The notes under the pieces: model-generated | What the model saw: the letters and a program-made list of their open reading frames with translations, nothing else | Database searches by the model: none | What the model was told of the DNA's origin: nothing | Assembly (NCBI GenBank): GCA_002633005.1 | Contig: NMRA01000160.1 | Span: 145,640-209,639 of the forward strand | DNA from: Phoronis australis | Lineage: Eukaryota; Animalia; Phoronida | DNA length: 64,000 nt | Direction of reading: 5' to 3' | Part shown: piece after piece, positions 48,111 through 62,700 of the stretch | Position numbering within the stretch: the first letter of the stretch is position 1 | Layout: each line of letters starts with the position of its first letter | Made by a program: the position numbers and the translations under genes

Positions 48111-50128
48111 ACCCACGGAAGAAACAAATGTGTAAAATTTCATGAACATGCGTCAAGGCATTTTGGAGATAGAGCAGCGGACGCCGGAGATGATGGCATA
48201 ATGCATCCACATATAAATATGTGGGCGCATAATAAAGACATGGTTCTGCACTTGTTTTTTGTATCTCGCTTCATTTCTAAACCAACTTTTTTATTCTGGA
48301 CAGGCCAGTAAGCTTTCATAACTGCTGCTGACAAATTGAGAGTGAAAAGGGTGTCCTAGCTAGGGTGTCTAAATTTGAGTCGGGGTCTCCATTTGGACGC
48401 CCTCTAGATGAAGGCTTGCTCTGTAGGAAACAACACAAGAAAAATGCCGATGGATAGTTTAATTTATGCACATTCACATTTTTACAGGACAAACGGGAAA
48501 CCCTGTCGTAAGTTGTCTCACTACAGCCTAACACGAACAGTATGCATTGCAACTCCTTTAATAAATAATAATACAACAATAAATAGTTTGTTCGCACTAG
48601 ACTGAAGTGAAATAACCTTTAAATAATACTAAAAATAATGCATTTAAAGCCAAATGCATCTAACAATGGCCCCTTGCAGCCAACACTGTCTTGGTACATT
48701 TCGTGAGATTTTCCAAGCACGAGTGGACATAACATGCATCATCAAATACAAGCTTTCTCCGTCTTCAAACACAACACTGTCAAGTGTAAAGGTCAGCTAA
48801 ATATGAACATGCAAAGAAATCAAAATTACCGTTGCGAGAACACAAAGAAATCAAAAAGCTAGTTAAAATGCCAGGCCTAAAATAATTTAAAATGTGCTAG
48901 AAAGCGAACACGGATTTAGATTTCCAAATTGCAAAATACTCCGACTAGTGAAGGAAGATTTTTTATGTTTTCCTGAAACAAAAACTGCAGCTCTTGTAGA
49001 ATGAAATTTCTGCCAGAGCCTAATGACAATTATCTCCCCTGTTTGCAGTACTGTTTGCTGACTGAGAGGAGGTTTGAATATGTACAGTACGAATATGTAC
49101 ACGTGGTAAAATGTCGACGAAAATATTACCCGATGACATTTGTTGGGCATTACATATACAATTAAAGGTCCTACTCAGATACTAGGAATTGTACATAATT
49201 GTATAATACATAAACAGTATGTACAATGATGATAAAATAAATACAAACATTAAAGATAAAACCATGTAAAACCTCTTTGGCTGCCGCCTTGGTAGCATTC
49301 TTAAGTATTAGCCAATGTGATGGTGTGACTCCCAGTTACTTATGCGCTCTCTATTGAAATGCTCAAGGTGATTCCCTGCCATGTTGGATAATAATCAGTT
49401 ATGCCAATGTTACCAAAGACTTGCGTCCCAATGTTTCAGCCTTCTGTAGCCGACCAATGCGTGATAAGTGAAGGGTGATGGATAAACTCGTTCGTGACGG
49501 CCAATAGATAACGTGCAGGCTCGTGCTCGCACTCCTCTGCACGCTTGAATCATCCAGAGTGAATGTGAAAGGTGACATGAGCACAGTTAACTCTATGTAA
49601 CAACAGACCAAGAGGTATTTCCTAATGAAGGTGATCCGAGAAAATTGAATACATCTTACTTCAGGACTTAATCCCACCACCTTTGATTTGAACCATGCTG
49701 GTTCAAAACACGGAATGAATCCTGGATTGTGACCAGAGGGGGGACTGACACTGGACAGTATAGGGGGGGTAACTTAATTTTCCATCACTGCATTTGTAAC
49801 CTAATGGCAAAGTAAGGATAGGTCTAGACCCCTTTGAAGGTCCCCATCTCGATACACGCCTGAATCGCCTGTAATAATACTGATATTTAAATAAACTGTT
49901 GTCATGACAACCCTACAGCGTCACGTACAGGTGAAGCTTGTACAAAACAACATGGAGAACATGCGCATTAGCACAAAACACAAGCCACAGTAGAAGTGCA
50001 TACACCCCCACTACTCGAAGGTTTGCACCACGCAAAACCCTTGTAAGCAACACACAAAGCCGGTTGTCTGGCTGCGGCAGAATTCACTTCACCTGCATGC
50101 AACAGGTGCAGCGCTGGGTGAGCCGCCG

Positions 50129-50735
50129 TCAGCACTCTGTCCCCTGCGTCAAGTGTGCGTGACCGTTAATGAATCCATTGCGGTGTGAACTGTCATTGCT
50201 GCTCTTACTAGAACTGCTCTCCTTACTACCCCCTGGCTCTGAAGGTATTGCACTACTGTTGACATGGTTCGACATGCAGCTCTCTCTGCGGAAGTCCATG
50301 TTGTTATAACTTGCCATGGGTGTGATTGCCTCTGGATTCCTCAACGGAGAACCATCCCCCATGCTCGACTCAAGCTCTCTAGAGTCTCCATTATTTCCTT
50401 CACTGCAGCTGCTCCCATTATCGCCAGTGTCGCCGCCGCCGAATGTAACTCGGTTGTTCCTGAAATAAACGTCTCCGCTGAGACAGTTTGAATAGTTAGC
50501 ATTGGCTGACGTCAGCGGCGTATTCGAGTTGTCCATAGGGTCGTCGTCAATGCTGTGTTCCGCGTGGCTGAATTTTTCCGCCTCGTGCGCCAAGTCTTGT
50601 TGGTTCTCCACACTATGGAAGTAGGATACCTGCTGGAACTCCTCGTTCACATCGGGCAGAAGGAGCTGTATGATGTCTTGGAATGTCGGCCGCTGCTTGG
50701 GATAGAACCGCCACGTCAACATCATCAGATCGTAG
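50129..50735 (-). CDS. InR: InR terminal exon (kinase end and C-tail)
   Basis: [18 protein letters not shown]...QGTEC*. Confidence 0.92.
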
Positions 50736-53700
50736 CTGAAAAGAACGGACAAGGATTAAAGATGGCACTTCCTTAAGCAGGGCTTGGAATTTTCCGCGGA
50801 AACGCGGATTTCCGCTTTTTTCAAATGTGCTTTCCGATTTTTTTTTTAATATTTCCGCGTAAAAAAATCGGATTTGATATAAAATTTCCGCGGCAAATTC
50901 CTTTCTTACCGCGGCGTTGCAGACGACGTTCACCTCGAAAAGCGGAAGTTGCTCTTTATGTTCGGAGGAACGTAAATTGTCAACATTGCCGGGGCATCTG
51001 GGATAGCGTGGTGTGATTTTCAATGGCGTCTCGTGTTATTGTTAAGTGCGGCGACAAATACTACCGCTCTGCAGCCAAAAATGTGTGGGTTGGGAGTGGA
51101 CGGGCGAGCTGAAAGGACGCAGACGCATGCTACTGATGGTGGTAACGTTTTTTTTTNGGCTCAAGACGCACCAAACCTTATGCGTGAACGTTTACTCAAA
51201 GCATGATACACGACTTGGCAATTTTTAAATAGTCTCCAGTAATGTGCAGTAGTGATTTGGAGACCACAGAGATTCCCTTAATATTTGACTCAAAAGTTGA
51301 CTAATCACGGGTTATGCTATGAGAAAACGTTCACCCCATTTTTCTGCAAGTCAAAGGCAAAGTTTTAAATTACACTATTTACTAAGAACAAATTTGGCCT
51401 CAACTAGCTCATTAATTATTAAGAAATAATTACCATGGCTTTTTCTTAAGCTTTTGGGTAATGTTAAAATGCAAGGCACTGTTAAAACATGACGAACCAC
51501 AGTTTGACTTTCAACCGAGTCGACTGAAATACCGTAAGGATCCAACAACTTTCCAAAGCCCATGCCTACAATCTTGGTACCTCCTTTTATGAGAAAGCAG
51601 CCTACGCCAGTATTAAACGTTTTCCAAACAAGAAAAAGTCTTTGTAAATAAATGCTTTTTAGTAACAGACAAAAGGGTTGATTGAGTTCATGCACATACT
51701 CCAATAACAAGAAAAAAATTTCAACGCAGAGCAAAGTTTGCAGGCCTTGGTTTGCACCCACTTTGTTTCTTTTTCAGAGGAAAAAGTAATGGAATGCGTT
51801 AGAAACAATAAAAGCACAGCTAAGTCTCAGTCCACTTACAGTTTTTGTGGACAGCCTTCTGGTATCTCCATCAGCTGACCACTCTGGACAAACTTGAGCA
51901 CCTGCTCATTGGCGAGTCCTTGGTACGGCTGGGCAGCTAGTGTGGCCATCTCCCACAGGACCACACCATATGACCTACAGGGTGAGATAAAACACATGAA
52001 CTTGCCGGGTATAAATACCCCAAAAGCAATCGGACAAAACATGTTTCCTTGTCATTCCAGCTACTCTGGTGGTGAATTCTGCTTGGCTGACATGACGGTG
52101 AATTGCACTTGTGCTCAGCCATGATGATGAAGAATTCCAGGCCATTTTGTCCAATTACTTTGACCTGTATGTATTATCCATGATAAGGTCACAGTGTTCA
52201 ATGCTCATAGCAGCAGGTCACATGACCTTCATCTCAGTACCACAGCATGGAGCCTACAGGGTGACGCAAAACTTGTGTCTTGAGTACAAACTGGTCATCA
52301 AGTCACAAAGTACCCAACACTCATTGTGTTGGCTGAAGCAAGTACATCAATAGTGAATCAAACGGACTCTGTCTACACACTACATGTATGCACTGTTCCA
52401 ACACTACGTACCAGACATCTGAAGCGCTGGTGAACACTCCATCTTTTAGAGACTCCGGCGCCATCCAGCGGACAGGCAGCAAGCCTTTGCCACCCTTTCT
52501 GTAGTAGTCGTGCTCATATATGTCGCGCGTCATACCGAAATCTACAAACGGAACAGTGTCACGGCAACTTAGTACACATCCTCATGTTGGCAAGTGCTTG
52601 TGACGTTAAAAAGTCGGTTTAACAAAAGTAACGTGTCCGATTACTTTTGACTTTGCCACTTAGTGATGCGACATTCGTCTCAGTTGTTTACTTCACTATG
52701 AGATGAAAATTTTTGAGCTCGAGTAGGACTGACAGTTCAGGAAGACACTAACTCCCGATTCGCGAAATAATTGCCTTTAAATGCCCATGGTCAGTTTAAC
52801 ATCCACCCCTGATTTTTGAGTTTGCCAGTTTGAACACGATGGGCATTAAACGCAGACTTTGTAAGGTATTTGTATTTTGTTGACCATGACCGCTATAGCA
52901 AATCAAAACTTAGGTTGGACCAATGATGGTAGCCCCATGCGAATGAAATGAGTGATGGCAAGAGTGATCACATGCTTTATTTCTCACACATGGCAAGACC
53001 TCGTGGACATTTGCACAATCTTGGTCATATCACAAGACGCCATACCCCTGTGTCTATTGTACCACTGTTAGCATTGCCTTTCAACTAACCGATCTCTCTA
53101 ACAAAGCGTTCACACAAAACTTTACCTCCAATCTTGACGGTGTTATTGACATCCACCATACAATTCCTGGCAGCTAAATCCCGATGCACAAATTTCTTTG
53201 CACCCAGATATGCCATTCCGTCAGCGATCTCCGCGGCCATCTGCAGTGTTTGCTTTAGTGTCGGTGGCTGACGTCCCTCGTTGTCCTGAAATGCGACAGA
53301 TGGCATTACTTGAGCAATTGTTGAGAACACATTCGTAACTACCCAAGTTTCACTAGACGCCCTCCCATAAACTTCAAAAGTTTCACTTCTGAACATCCAT
53401 GTTCAGTCGTTTTCAGCTTAAATACTTTTTACTCTCTAAATATTAAATCCTTGGACGTTAACAAGACCAAGTACAATGACATGATAACAAACTAACGCTA
53501 ATCCATGAGCAAAGAAGTGGTTGTGCACTTTGAACAAGCCAACAAAAATATAATTAGCCACATAAAGACGTTTACTACTCGCATGCGAATGTCTAAGCTT
53601 AGGTTTTAACCAAAAATTAAATTCTAAATATCGTTGCCACCAAAATGTAGAAAAACATATTATAATACAGATATTATTACTCACCGGCTCATCTGGTCGA

Positions 53701-56700
53701 TGCATACGTAAATGGTTCTTCAAGTCACCTCTCTCCATCAACTCCATAATGACCAAGGTAGGCTGACCTTCCGATACGACCCCCAGGAGACGAACAACAT
53801 GGTAACAATTAAATGCCCTGCAGTAGAGGAGACAAATAAGTGACTCAGACATACTAATTTGAATATTTTTTATACTCTGTTGACCTTGCCAAGATCAATT
53901 AAATACACTTAAAACACTTGGGCGACTGCCAACTTGGCTTTTAGGTGACTGCTAAGTGTTTAAGTATAGGCTCGTGGATCTAAGTCAGTGTTCCATACAA
54001 ACAACTGTGCGGTCGAAATGATACAACACTGCATGCAATTAGTCTCAAGTAGTCATCAACACTGCCGTATTCATTAGTTGAGAATCCTACAAAAACAACT
54101 TTGAACTGGTCATGTCATAGCAACATTGAACCAGATTGGTAAATCAGCCATCTTGTCCGCCAAAACGATACCTAATCAATAAATACAAGATAACTTTTTC
54201 TCGACGTAATTCCAATAGAGAAGTGGCTGAAATTTGAAGAGAGAATCTCCAGAGATACTGCACGCTTTTCAAACTTATGATGCAACAAACAGCTATATGA
54301 ATGCCAACGAATTAAAACAAGAAGTCATATTTACTTGTGTGAGATAGAAACAAGAAGGCGATTGATTAAATAAGCACTTACTTCATGACCGACGCTTCAT
54401 TCAAAAACTCAATTCGGTCACGCGTGGACGCCTGCTCATTAACAGTCTGAAGTAGAAAAAAATGAATTAACGTTTTTGGCAAAAACTAAATAATATGTCA
54501 AATGTTGTGAAAACAAAATTGGCCTCATTGACTTTTCTATGAACTTCTAACCAATGCAACCATAAATTAAACTTAGTGGCATTTGCTGATGCTAGTCATC
54601 TAAAATACAAGAAGTCGTGCGATACTGTATCAATCAAGGATATCATGAGATTGCAAATGCAACTTCTGAATAAGCGTATGTGGCAAGAGTTCCCTTGCTT
54701 GTGCAGACTTATACAGTATTCAAATGTTGTCCAATCAGATGGTTAGGCTTATTTCGCCATACGTGATTGGCCAGAATTTTGTATATGCAAATGCAACTTC
54801 TAAATAAGCGTATGTGGCAAGAGTTGCCTTGTATTCAAATGTTGTCCAATCAGAAGACAAATCCAACATATGTACCATTAGTTGACAGACGTGCCTTCTT
54901 GTGAGAAAGTTCCATTCCAATGAGATGGTTGATGGTTAGGCTTAGTTCGCCGTATGTGAATGGCCAGAATTTTGTATATGCCACAACTGATAGGAAGCCT
55001 CACAGCTTAGTAAGTGCTCGTCTTGAGCGATCCCTCTACATTTTAGTGAGACTTCCTGTCTAGTTTCTTGTAAAATTTATATGGAATTATCTAGGACACA
55101 AAATACGATATCGTATCTCTAACATACTATTGGAATAACTTGTGTCCAATTTCAACACTTATAAGAGTTAAAACCCGCAGAAGGGCCGTGTAACTCACCT
55201 TAACAGCCACCTTCATTTCAGCGACACCTTCAGGAAATGTCTGCAAGTCACATGCTACACCCTCATACACCATACCAAATGACCCTTGACCCAGCTCGTG
55301 TAGTAGTTTGACCTTCTCTCTGTCCACTTCCCATTCGTCTTTGATGTACGAGTCCCACCCCAAATAATCTGGATTGACAGACGCATACTGCACGCTGTCC
55401 GGTATGTTCTGCGACTCCCTGAAACAGTCAGCATCAAACTTACTAATATAACAATGCACCTTTTTTAACAGGGATTACAACTGTTCTTGATGCCACATTC
55501 AATACAAACACAAATTTCTATAATCCTGTGTTTATTACTATTCCTCAAGAGTAAATTTGCTCTCAACAATACAAAAGAAAGTGATGTAGACGATTGAGCA
55601 AAATGCCTGCATCTTGCTGCTACATTCATCTAAACTGAGCAAACAGAATGTCCTACTTGCTATTGAACACAGTCTGCTGAGCACAGTCTGCGCCAGTCTT
55701 TCATGTTTGCACAGTGGAAGTGAATGCAAATCTTTGCTGGGCCACATATCTCACTTCCTATTGTTGCATGGAGGGTACATGCCCAATAAGGAAATAGTCA
55801 AATTTTATAAAAATTTAAAGTTCAATAGCATTCGACTGAGGTGGGCCTTTGTTTCGTAAGAGCAGCTTATTATTTAAAATGACTTATTCTTAAAAAAATG
55901 ACATAGGCAGAAAATTGAATTTTGGGCCTAAAAAGCGAGGCCCCCTATATTAATATAGGGGGCGCCGCCGAAAGGTGGCCGAAGAGCAGGCCCCCTATAT
56001 TAAAGGTTATTTCACTGGTCTAGATCTTTTATAAAGGGGTGGCACTTTTCTGGTAAACTCCATTTATTGAATATAAGCTTGTATAGACTAGGAGCTCATA
56101 AGAATGAACGTAAGATTCAGTTATTTACCTTCGCTTGAAGAAGATGATCACACCTGTCACCGAGATGGCGAGAATCAGCAGCATTCCGCCTATGATTAGT
56201 CCAATCACGGTGGGTGTCCAGAAATTAGCGTCAACAGTATTCTCTTCACGCTCTACAAGAGGAAAGGTTAGCAGTTGTAAGCAGGCAGGGTCAGAGGTCA
56301 ATATCAACTCTGTGCGGACAAGACCAAGAATTAGCAGTCTCGTTGAAATAGGTTGAGTATAAGTAGTCGTGTAACGACAAGGTTAAAGGTTAGCGAACTT
56401 GTCAAGGAAGGCAGGAAGATGAACTGCCCCGTAGAGATAGTTAGTTTCCTTATCCAAATTTGCCACGCTTTCTTAAAGTTGGGGTACAGACCCACAGTTA
56501 TGAGACATTAAGCTAACAATTAAAGAACAAATTTCGGACAAGATTTTATAAACTGCAGACAGTAGTCTTGTTCTTAGTTCTCATCAATCATGTAGGGAAA
56601 AGTTCAAAGGTTACGTATAATAACCAGCTCTCAAAGTCGTATCAGAAACATTCTTCACTGACAGAGACAATCTCGACGACACTGCAGCTTGCAGTGTACT

Positions 56701-59700
56701 GCTAGTGCCAGACACCATTGCAGGACTTCCTTGAGAACTAAAATGGCAGTACACAAATGGACATTTACCTTTAATAGTGAAGTACATGTCTTTCGATGAC
56801 CATGATCCATTGCCCGCCAGTGAAGTTGCTCTTACTTGTACTGAGTAATTGCCTGACTCGAGGGATTCTGTCAGAAATCCTCCAACCTTCGAGTAATTCT
56901 TGTGTGTGATACATTTCTCTTTAACGCGCGCCTTGAAAGAAATACGAGTGTTGTAAAAATGTCAGTTTGGGACACAATATTAGGCACAGGTGAAATTTCA
57001 TTTTGTTAAATTTCTCAATAAAAACAACTTATTAGGAAAATTCATTTTGTTTTTAGCGTAGGTAGGTAATACCAAACAACAGGTAAAATTATGAGCATTT
57101 CCAACAATTTTGTAAATAATAGAAAAGAGACTATTTTAGGATTTCCGTCCCAAACTGAAAACTTTTACCGTGAATGACTCGTGTTAAAACGCTATATTAA
57201 GTTATACTGCACAAGAAATTCATTAAAAATTTTCATAACAGAATAAAATGTAAAAAACACTTCAACATCTTTCAGTCAATCTAGTGGCCAGACATCTTGG
57301 CTTGAAAGTCGTAAAACTAATGAGCACTGTGTGTAGTTACATAAAATTTACTCCCATAATGTAACAAACTAAGTGGTCGTCCAATCATTTCGAGTGGGTG
57401 CCAGCCATCTTGCTATTGTTTAGCGAGCAACACGATAACATTCTTACTCGCGGAACGATACAGGCATATTGAAAGCAGCTTAACTTTCAATGCCTTGTCC
57501 ATTTCATTGTTTGTAGAGCCCCAACCACTTACATGATCATCCTTCTTCTGATAGCGGACCTCATACATCAGAATAAAGCTGTTGGGGTCGGCAGGTGGCG
57601 ACCACGTAATTAACACCTGGGCATTCTGCTTATAGATGACTGACACGTTGCTGACGTTGTCGGAAGAATCTACACATCAAAGAAAACGTGTTATGGTGAA
57701 GCTAACTACCGTGTGGTGAACACGGCCACGAGCATAAATTGCGACACATCATCCATGCCCAATAGGAGACTTTTATGTAATAAAGTGACCACTGATCACA
57801 TGGGACTTGATACAAGAAGCCTCTACAGGATGAGGTGATTTTACATTTGTTTAAAAACGCCACGTGTAAATGTGTAATCACGCAGACTGTAAAAGGCTCT
57901 TTTCACCAAGTCAAAATGCCCCCTACACCACCCACTGTTAAGAAGTACCTCCTGGTACAGCCAGGTGGCGATAAGAGTCACCAGCCCCATGTTATCATTC
58001 CTGTTGCTTCCTGAAAGTCTCCCCTTCTAAAAATAGCTCACAAAACAGTGGGAGTCAAGTTTAAAAGCTGCTATTTGGATGTTTAGTAATGATGTATCTG
58101 CCAATATGATGACGCGATTTGAACCCACATATAGGAACGGAAATGCAGTTATATCACACCACGAAAATGATTTGCAGACCTTTGGTTTCTTTCTATTCAG
58201 GTAACCATGGAAATGTTTACAAATTTATGTGTTTGGATGAATCAGTGTGCTTTGACAACGGCCACACCCAATGCATATTGCCCAGGAGTGGAGGATTAGG
58301 ACTGACTGGGTCCATGGCCATGTAATAAGTCGCTTAACTACATAAAATTCCTACGCTGGTCATTTCAAAGGTGATTTCTACCAAATGGCATGCGCATTCA
58401 AGTTGTAGACTACATACCAGAGGGCAATGTTCTCTTTGAAGCCAATGCACTGTTGCTACACCTCGGCATCACATCGGGGACGCGGTCGTGGCAAGCAATC
58501 ACCTGTATGCTGTAGATGGTGAACTTCTCCAGATTATGGAGGGTAGTTTCTAGGCTACCGTAAACGAACGCTTCCTGCCAGACAGGCTCCTCCGGATCGC
58601 CGGAGTTGTTGGACGGTGCAGCCATTGGATGGGAGTCGTTGACCAACAACCCAATAGTGGACCCATGCACCTGTGTCTTGTCGTAGGAGCCGTTAACACG
58701 GTAGTCAGGCAGGGACTCCAGACTTCGGCGCTTCCGGCTACCAGGAGATTGGGCATCGGGTCTGAAAATTTAATACGCGGTGATTCATGTGTGCAAGTTG
58801 GAGGGAGAGTGGTGTCGGGTGTGGGCTATGTAAGGCTGCCTCAATACTTTCTGGTAGGTGATAACGTTCAACTGAATGAAGGTCTTGGCTTTTTTTGCAC
58901 CTAAACAGGAAGTAGTACATGAGCACGAGGGCGTTCACGTGAAAATGAACCCGAGTGATTTCCTGAACGCAGGCACTTTTACGAGAAGACCAATGGTTCA
59001 TTTGCAGCACCTAATTTCGAGCTCACATAGATGGCAAATGGTTTCCAAATGTGACCACAAACTGTCGCTGTTCATACATGCCTTCAAAGTACAAATTGTC
59101 ATAATTTTTTGCTGCGGAGATTTGTGGTTTGTGGGACAGTGCCAAATGTTGTAATCCGTAATCCTCAAATTACGACAGATCGTGCACACCTTCGAAGTAT
59201 AACCTGCTGCAATTTGGAAAACAACCTCTAGGTCACAGGTTATTTTGACGAGAGGCAGGGTGAACAACTAGCCATTCCCATGGCTCTGAACACTTGTACA
59301 AACTGCGACTGCAGCTTATTCCATTTTGACTATGATGTGCACAAACCACAAACTGTTGCAATTTGAGGATTGTGATGGCGATAAACATACACACTGACAC
59401 AAGATTACCTCAGGCTCCAGCCACCGAAATTAACACAGCCTGGACAAGAGTTTGACAAAAACAATGCAGGGGCCGATCCAGGATTTTAAGTTGGGGCGGA
59501 CAGGGACAAGTATTAGCCAGGATTTAACCTGTCACACATTCCCACACCTGAACTGCCAAATGGAATCTGGGAGAATTTTAGGGGGGGGGGGGGNGGGGGG
59601 GGGGGGCATGGCCCCATTTCCCCCTAAATTCGCCACTGAAATGTGGCTCAAGTTCAAATTGAATGAATTTTTTTAATGTTATATAATGAGAAGAACCATG

Positions 59701-62700
59701 ACCTTTGGCCTGGCTACAAAAAATCTCCAAAGCCGTGTGTCTTTGTACTCTCTAACTGTACAACAATCGCGGATCAGATTTTTCCAGGGACACCGATTAA
59801 TTTTTTTCGAAATTATTGTTAGAAAATGCGAGGAAACAAGGCTTTTGGAAAAAGATCAGATCATGATTTGTTTCTATGAATAAAATACAAAAACTTGGAT
59901 TAAGTTGCATTTTAACCATTTTCTTTGTCAAACTCAGGTAGTTCAAACACCACCCACCTCTTCTGGAAGATCATAGAGTGCAGATAGTTCTCGAACCGAA
60001 TCTGTATCTGCTTTTCAAGTTCCTCGCGCTCGCGCTCTTCCTTTGACTTGGGACATGGGCTGCAACACTGGCCATCCTTCACCGTCACATTCTGCCCCGG
60101 CTTGTCAGTCACGTCCTTTGTCGGTGTTGTTCTTTTCTCGTCCAGCCTCAGTTTCTGCCAACAATAGTTCCTTTTCTCAAACTCGCGCACGTCCAGCGCC
60201 TGCGGACGGTACAACACGAGGTAGTGCGTCACATTACCATTAGGCTCCCGAGGCGGCAACCACTTCACCTTGAGCTGACCTTCAGCCAATGCATAGACTT
60301 GGATGGCTTCAGGAATGGATGGTTCTGAAGCCAAACAACCAAAGAAAGATACAAATATCTTAAAAAGGTAAAAACCAAAGAGTGCTAGGACGAAATTCGG
60401 CAAATAAAGATTTCAGTATTTCACCTTATTTGGTTATGCACAAAGTGCCCACAATGTCTACATCACCTTTAACCTTTTAATCAATTCAGAAAATCAGGAG
60501 CCAAATTGTCCTTGTTAGCACATATTGTAGCTTAATGCCAGTCAATAACATGCCACAGGCAGTTGTCTACCGCCAGCCAACACTTTATTTATTTGGAACT
60601 CAACCAGACACCATGGGATGGAAACGGTTCGTTTTCTTATGACGATCAGGAAAGTTATGTTAGAAAAGATAAAGGTGGAAATGTTTGATTCTCAAATCAA
60701 CATGCTTTCTAGTAAGAAACAAAAGGCAGTTATAGACCTACGCTCTGTCGAAGAAATTTTACCATCACTTTTGAACTGATCTCAACTTGTTTTTATCTCA
60801 GATGACAAGTGACTTCTGGGTATAGAAAGAACTGACTATCCGTTTTTCGCCCAGATCATACTCAGCACACAGAAAATAACACGCCACTACGAGTCAACTT
60901 GTTGAGCTTCGCCTCAAGCAATGACGTAGTGTCGGTCCCTTCCAAGAACAGAAATCAACTTTTGTATGACAACGGAACAACGGAACAACTGCACACCATA
61001 TTCGGAATCCGAAGCGGTCTAACTGGAAAGTTAGATTTAGAGACAGAAGATGATTTTACAACTGCTTAAACTGGGATATATAGTCACCTTGCTTTGTACC
61101 AAAGCTAGTAACAATTTGCAAGAAACAAAACCTGAATATGTCAAATGCTCGATGTAACTAGTTAGTTTCCCTTCTGGTCTAAGATATAAAAGTTTTACGG
61201 TTATGTAGGATCCTATCGACAAGTCTGTTGTGTATTAAATCAAATGTCTACTAAGCAATAGATTTTAACCAGACTGTAAAAGTATATAATTTCTGAAAGT
61301 AGAAAGTGTGTAGAATTTGATTGTTGACTTGTTATCAATAAGCCAGTAATTTGATCACATGACCATGTCTATTTAGTGAAGTTTAGAAATAAGGGAAGGC
61401 ACATCAACAGCAACACAACGGTATTGACAACATGGATCAAATTTTGTTTAATGCAAATATTCAAGATGGAATCTCAAAAACAACGCTGTTCGTTTCGTAA
61501 ATTATCATTTCGTTTTTGTTTGATGCAAATTCTAAGTTTCATCGTGAAAAACATACAAGCCCAATTACTTAATAGCCTCTCATAGAAAAGGGGTATGTTT
61601 TAAATGCCAAGTCCTGAAAGTGTTTTGGACAACAGCGCATAAAGCATAGTCACATGAGAAACCACTCAGCCATTCCTGAGATACCATGTTCCCAAGTGGG
61701 GCATATTTGGGCATCTTCCAGAGTCTACTACTGTGAATGAAGTTAGCTCCTCCGCCTACTGTGCATTGTGCTATGAGTTCTGTGAATACTATTTTGTTTA
61801 TGAATGGCCAAGTGCGCCCAGGTCGCTGAGACCGAGTGCGCTCAGGTCGCTGAGACCGAGCCCGGGTTACACGGCATGTTCAGGCACTCTTGCGAATATT
61901 GTCCCACTGGTCAGATGTGTTCTAGTCACTGCGCAAGTCTCAAGACATCATTAAGGTAACATTTACTGTCATTTGCCGTTTTGCTTGCAATTTGTCTTTA
62001 ATGCGTTCTACTTTGCGAATTATGTGTCCGTGAACTATTACTGAATATTTTGCGTCTTCCAGTTCCACGGACAGACGGACAGACAGACACACATGTCATT
62101 TGTAATGCGTTGCGAAATAAAGCATCCCATGTAATATGTTGTTTGACTCGAATGCAGCTACAACTACACAACCTTAACTATCACTGCCATTAAAAAACAA
62201 TATTGTAATATACAATTATTTTATACGATTACTGTAGCTATTATTCCTATGGCCATATACACAGATACACACATTTATACATAGCAATTACTAAAATAGG
62301 TTATTACTATTATTAAACTATTACTACTATTACCAGGGCTCACAATGAGCAAAAATTTAAATGAGGCGCAAAGTGCAAATTGTGTTTTCGTGTTATAATC
62401 TTCCTTTCTGCTAATTTGCAGAAATTACAAAAAGTAAATACACCCAATTTTCCTTCACTGCGCATGTCACCATTTACAGTAAAAAGAAAAAACAACAGAA
62501 AATAAGTACTACTACAACACTATTACAATCATTTGTCTTGTAAAGTCGAACATTTTCAAACATGGCTCAAAATTTCCAAATATGGCACATAACTTCTCAA
62601 ACATGGATTAGAACTCCTCAAACATGGCGCAGAACTTCTCAAACATGGTGCACAACTTCTCAAACGTGGCGCAAAACTTCTCAAACATGGCGCAGAACAC

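Noticed and set aside
50778-51749. Possible ~1-kb hAT-like MITE in the last InR intron (CAGGGCTTGGAA...TTGCAGGCCTTG)
   Set aside because: The TIR match is poor and there is no TSD; plausible but unsupported
58762-58900. Possible alternative InR exon before the furin-site exon (like INSR exon 11)
   Set aside because: The acceptor at 58900 is 139 nt upstream and out of frame; no phase-2 donor found
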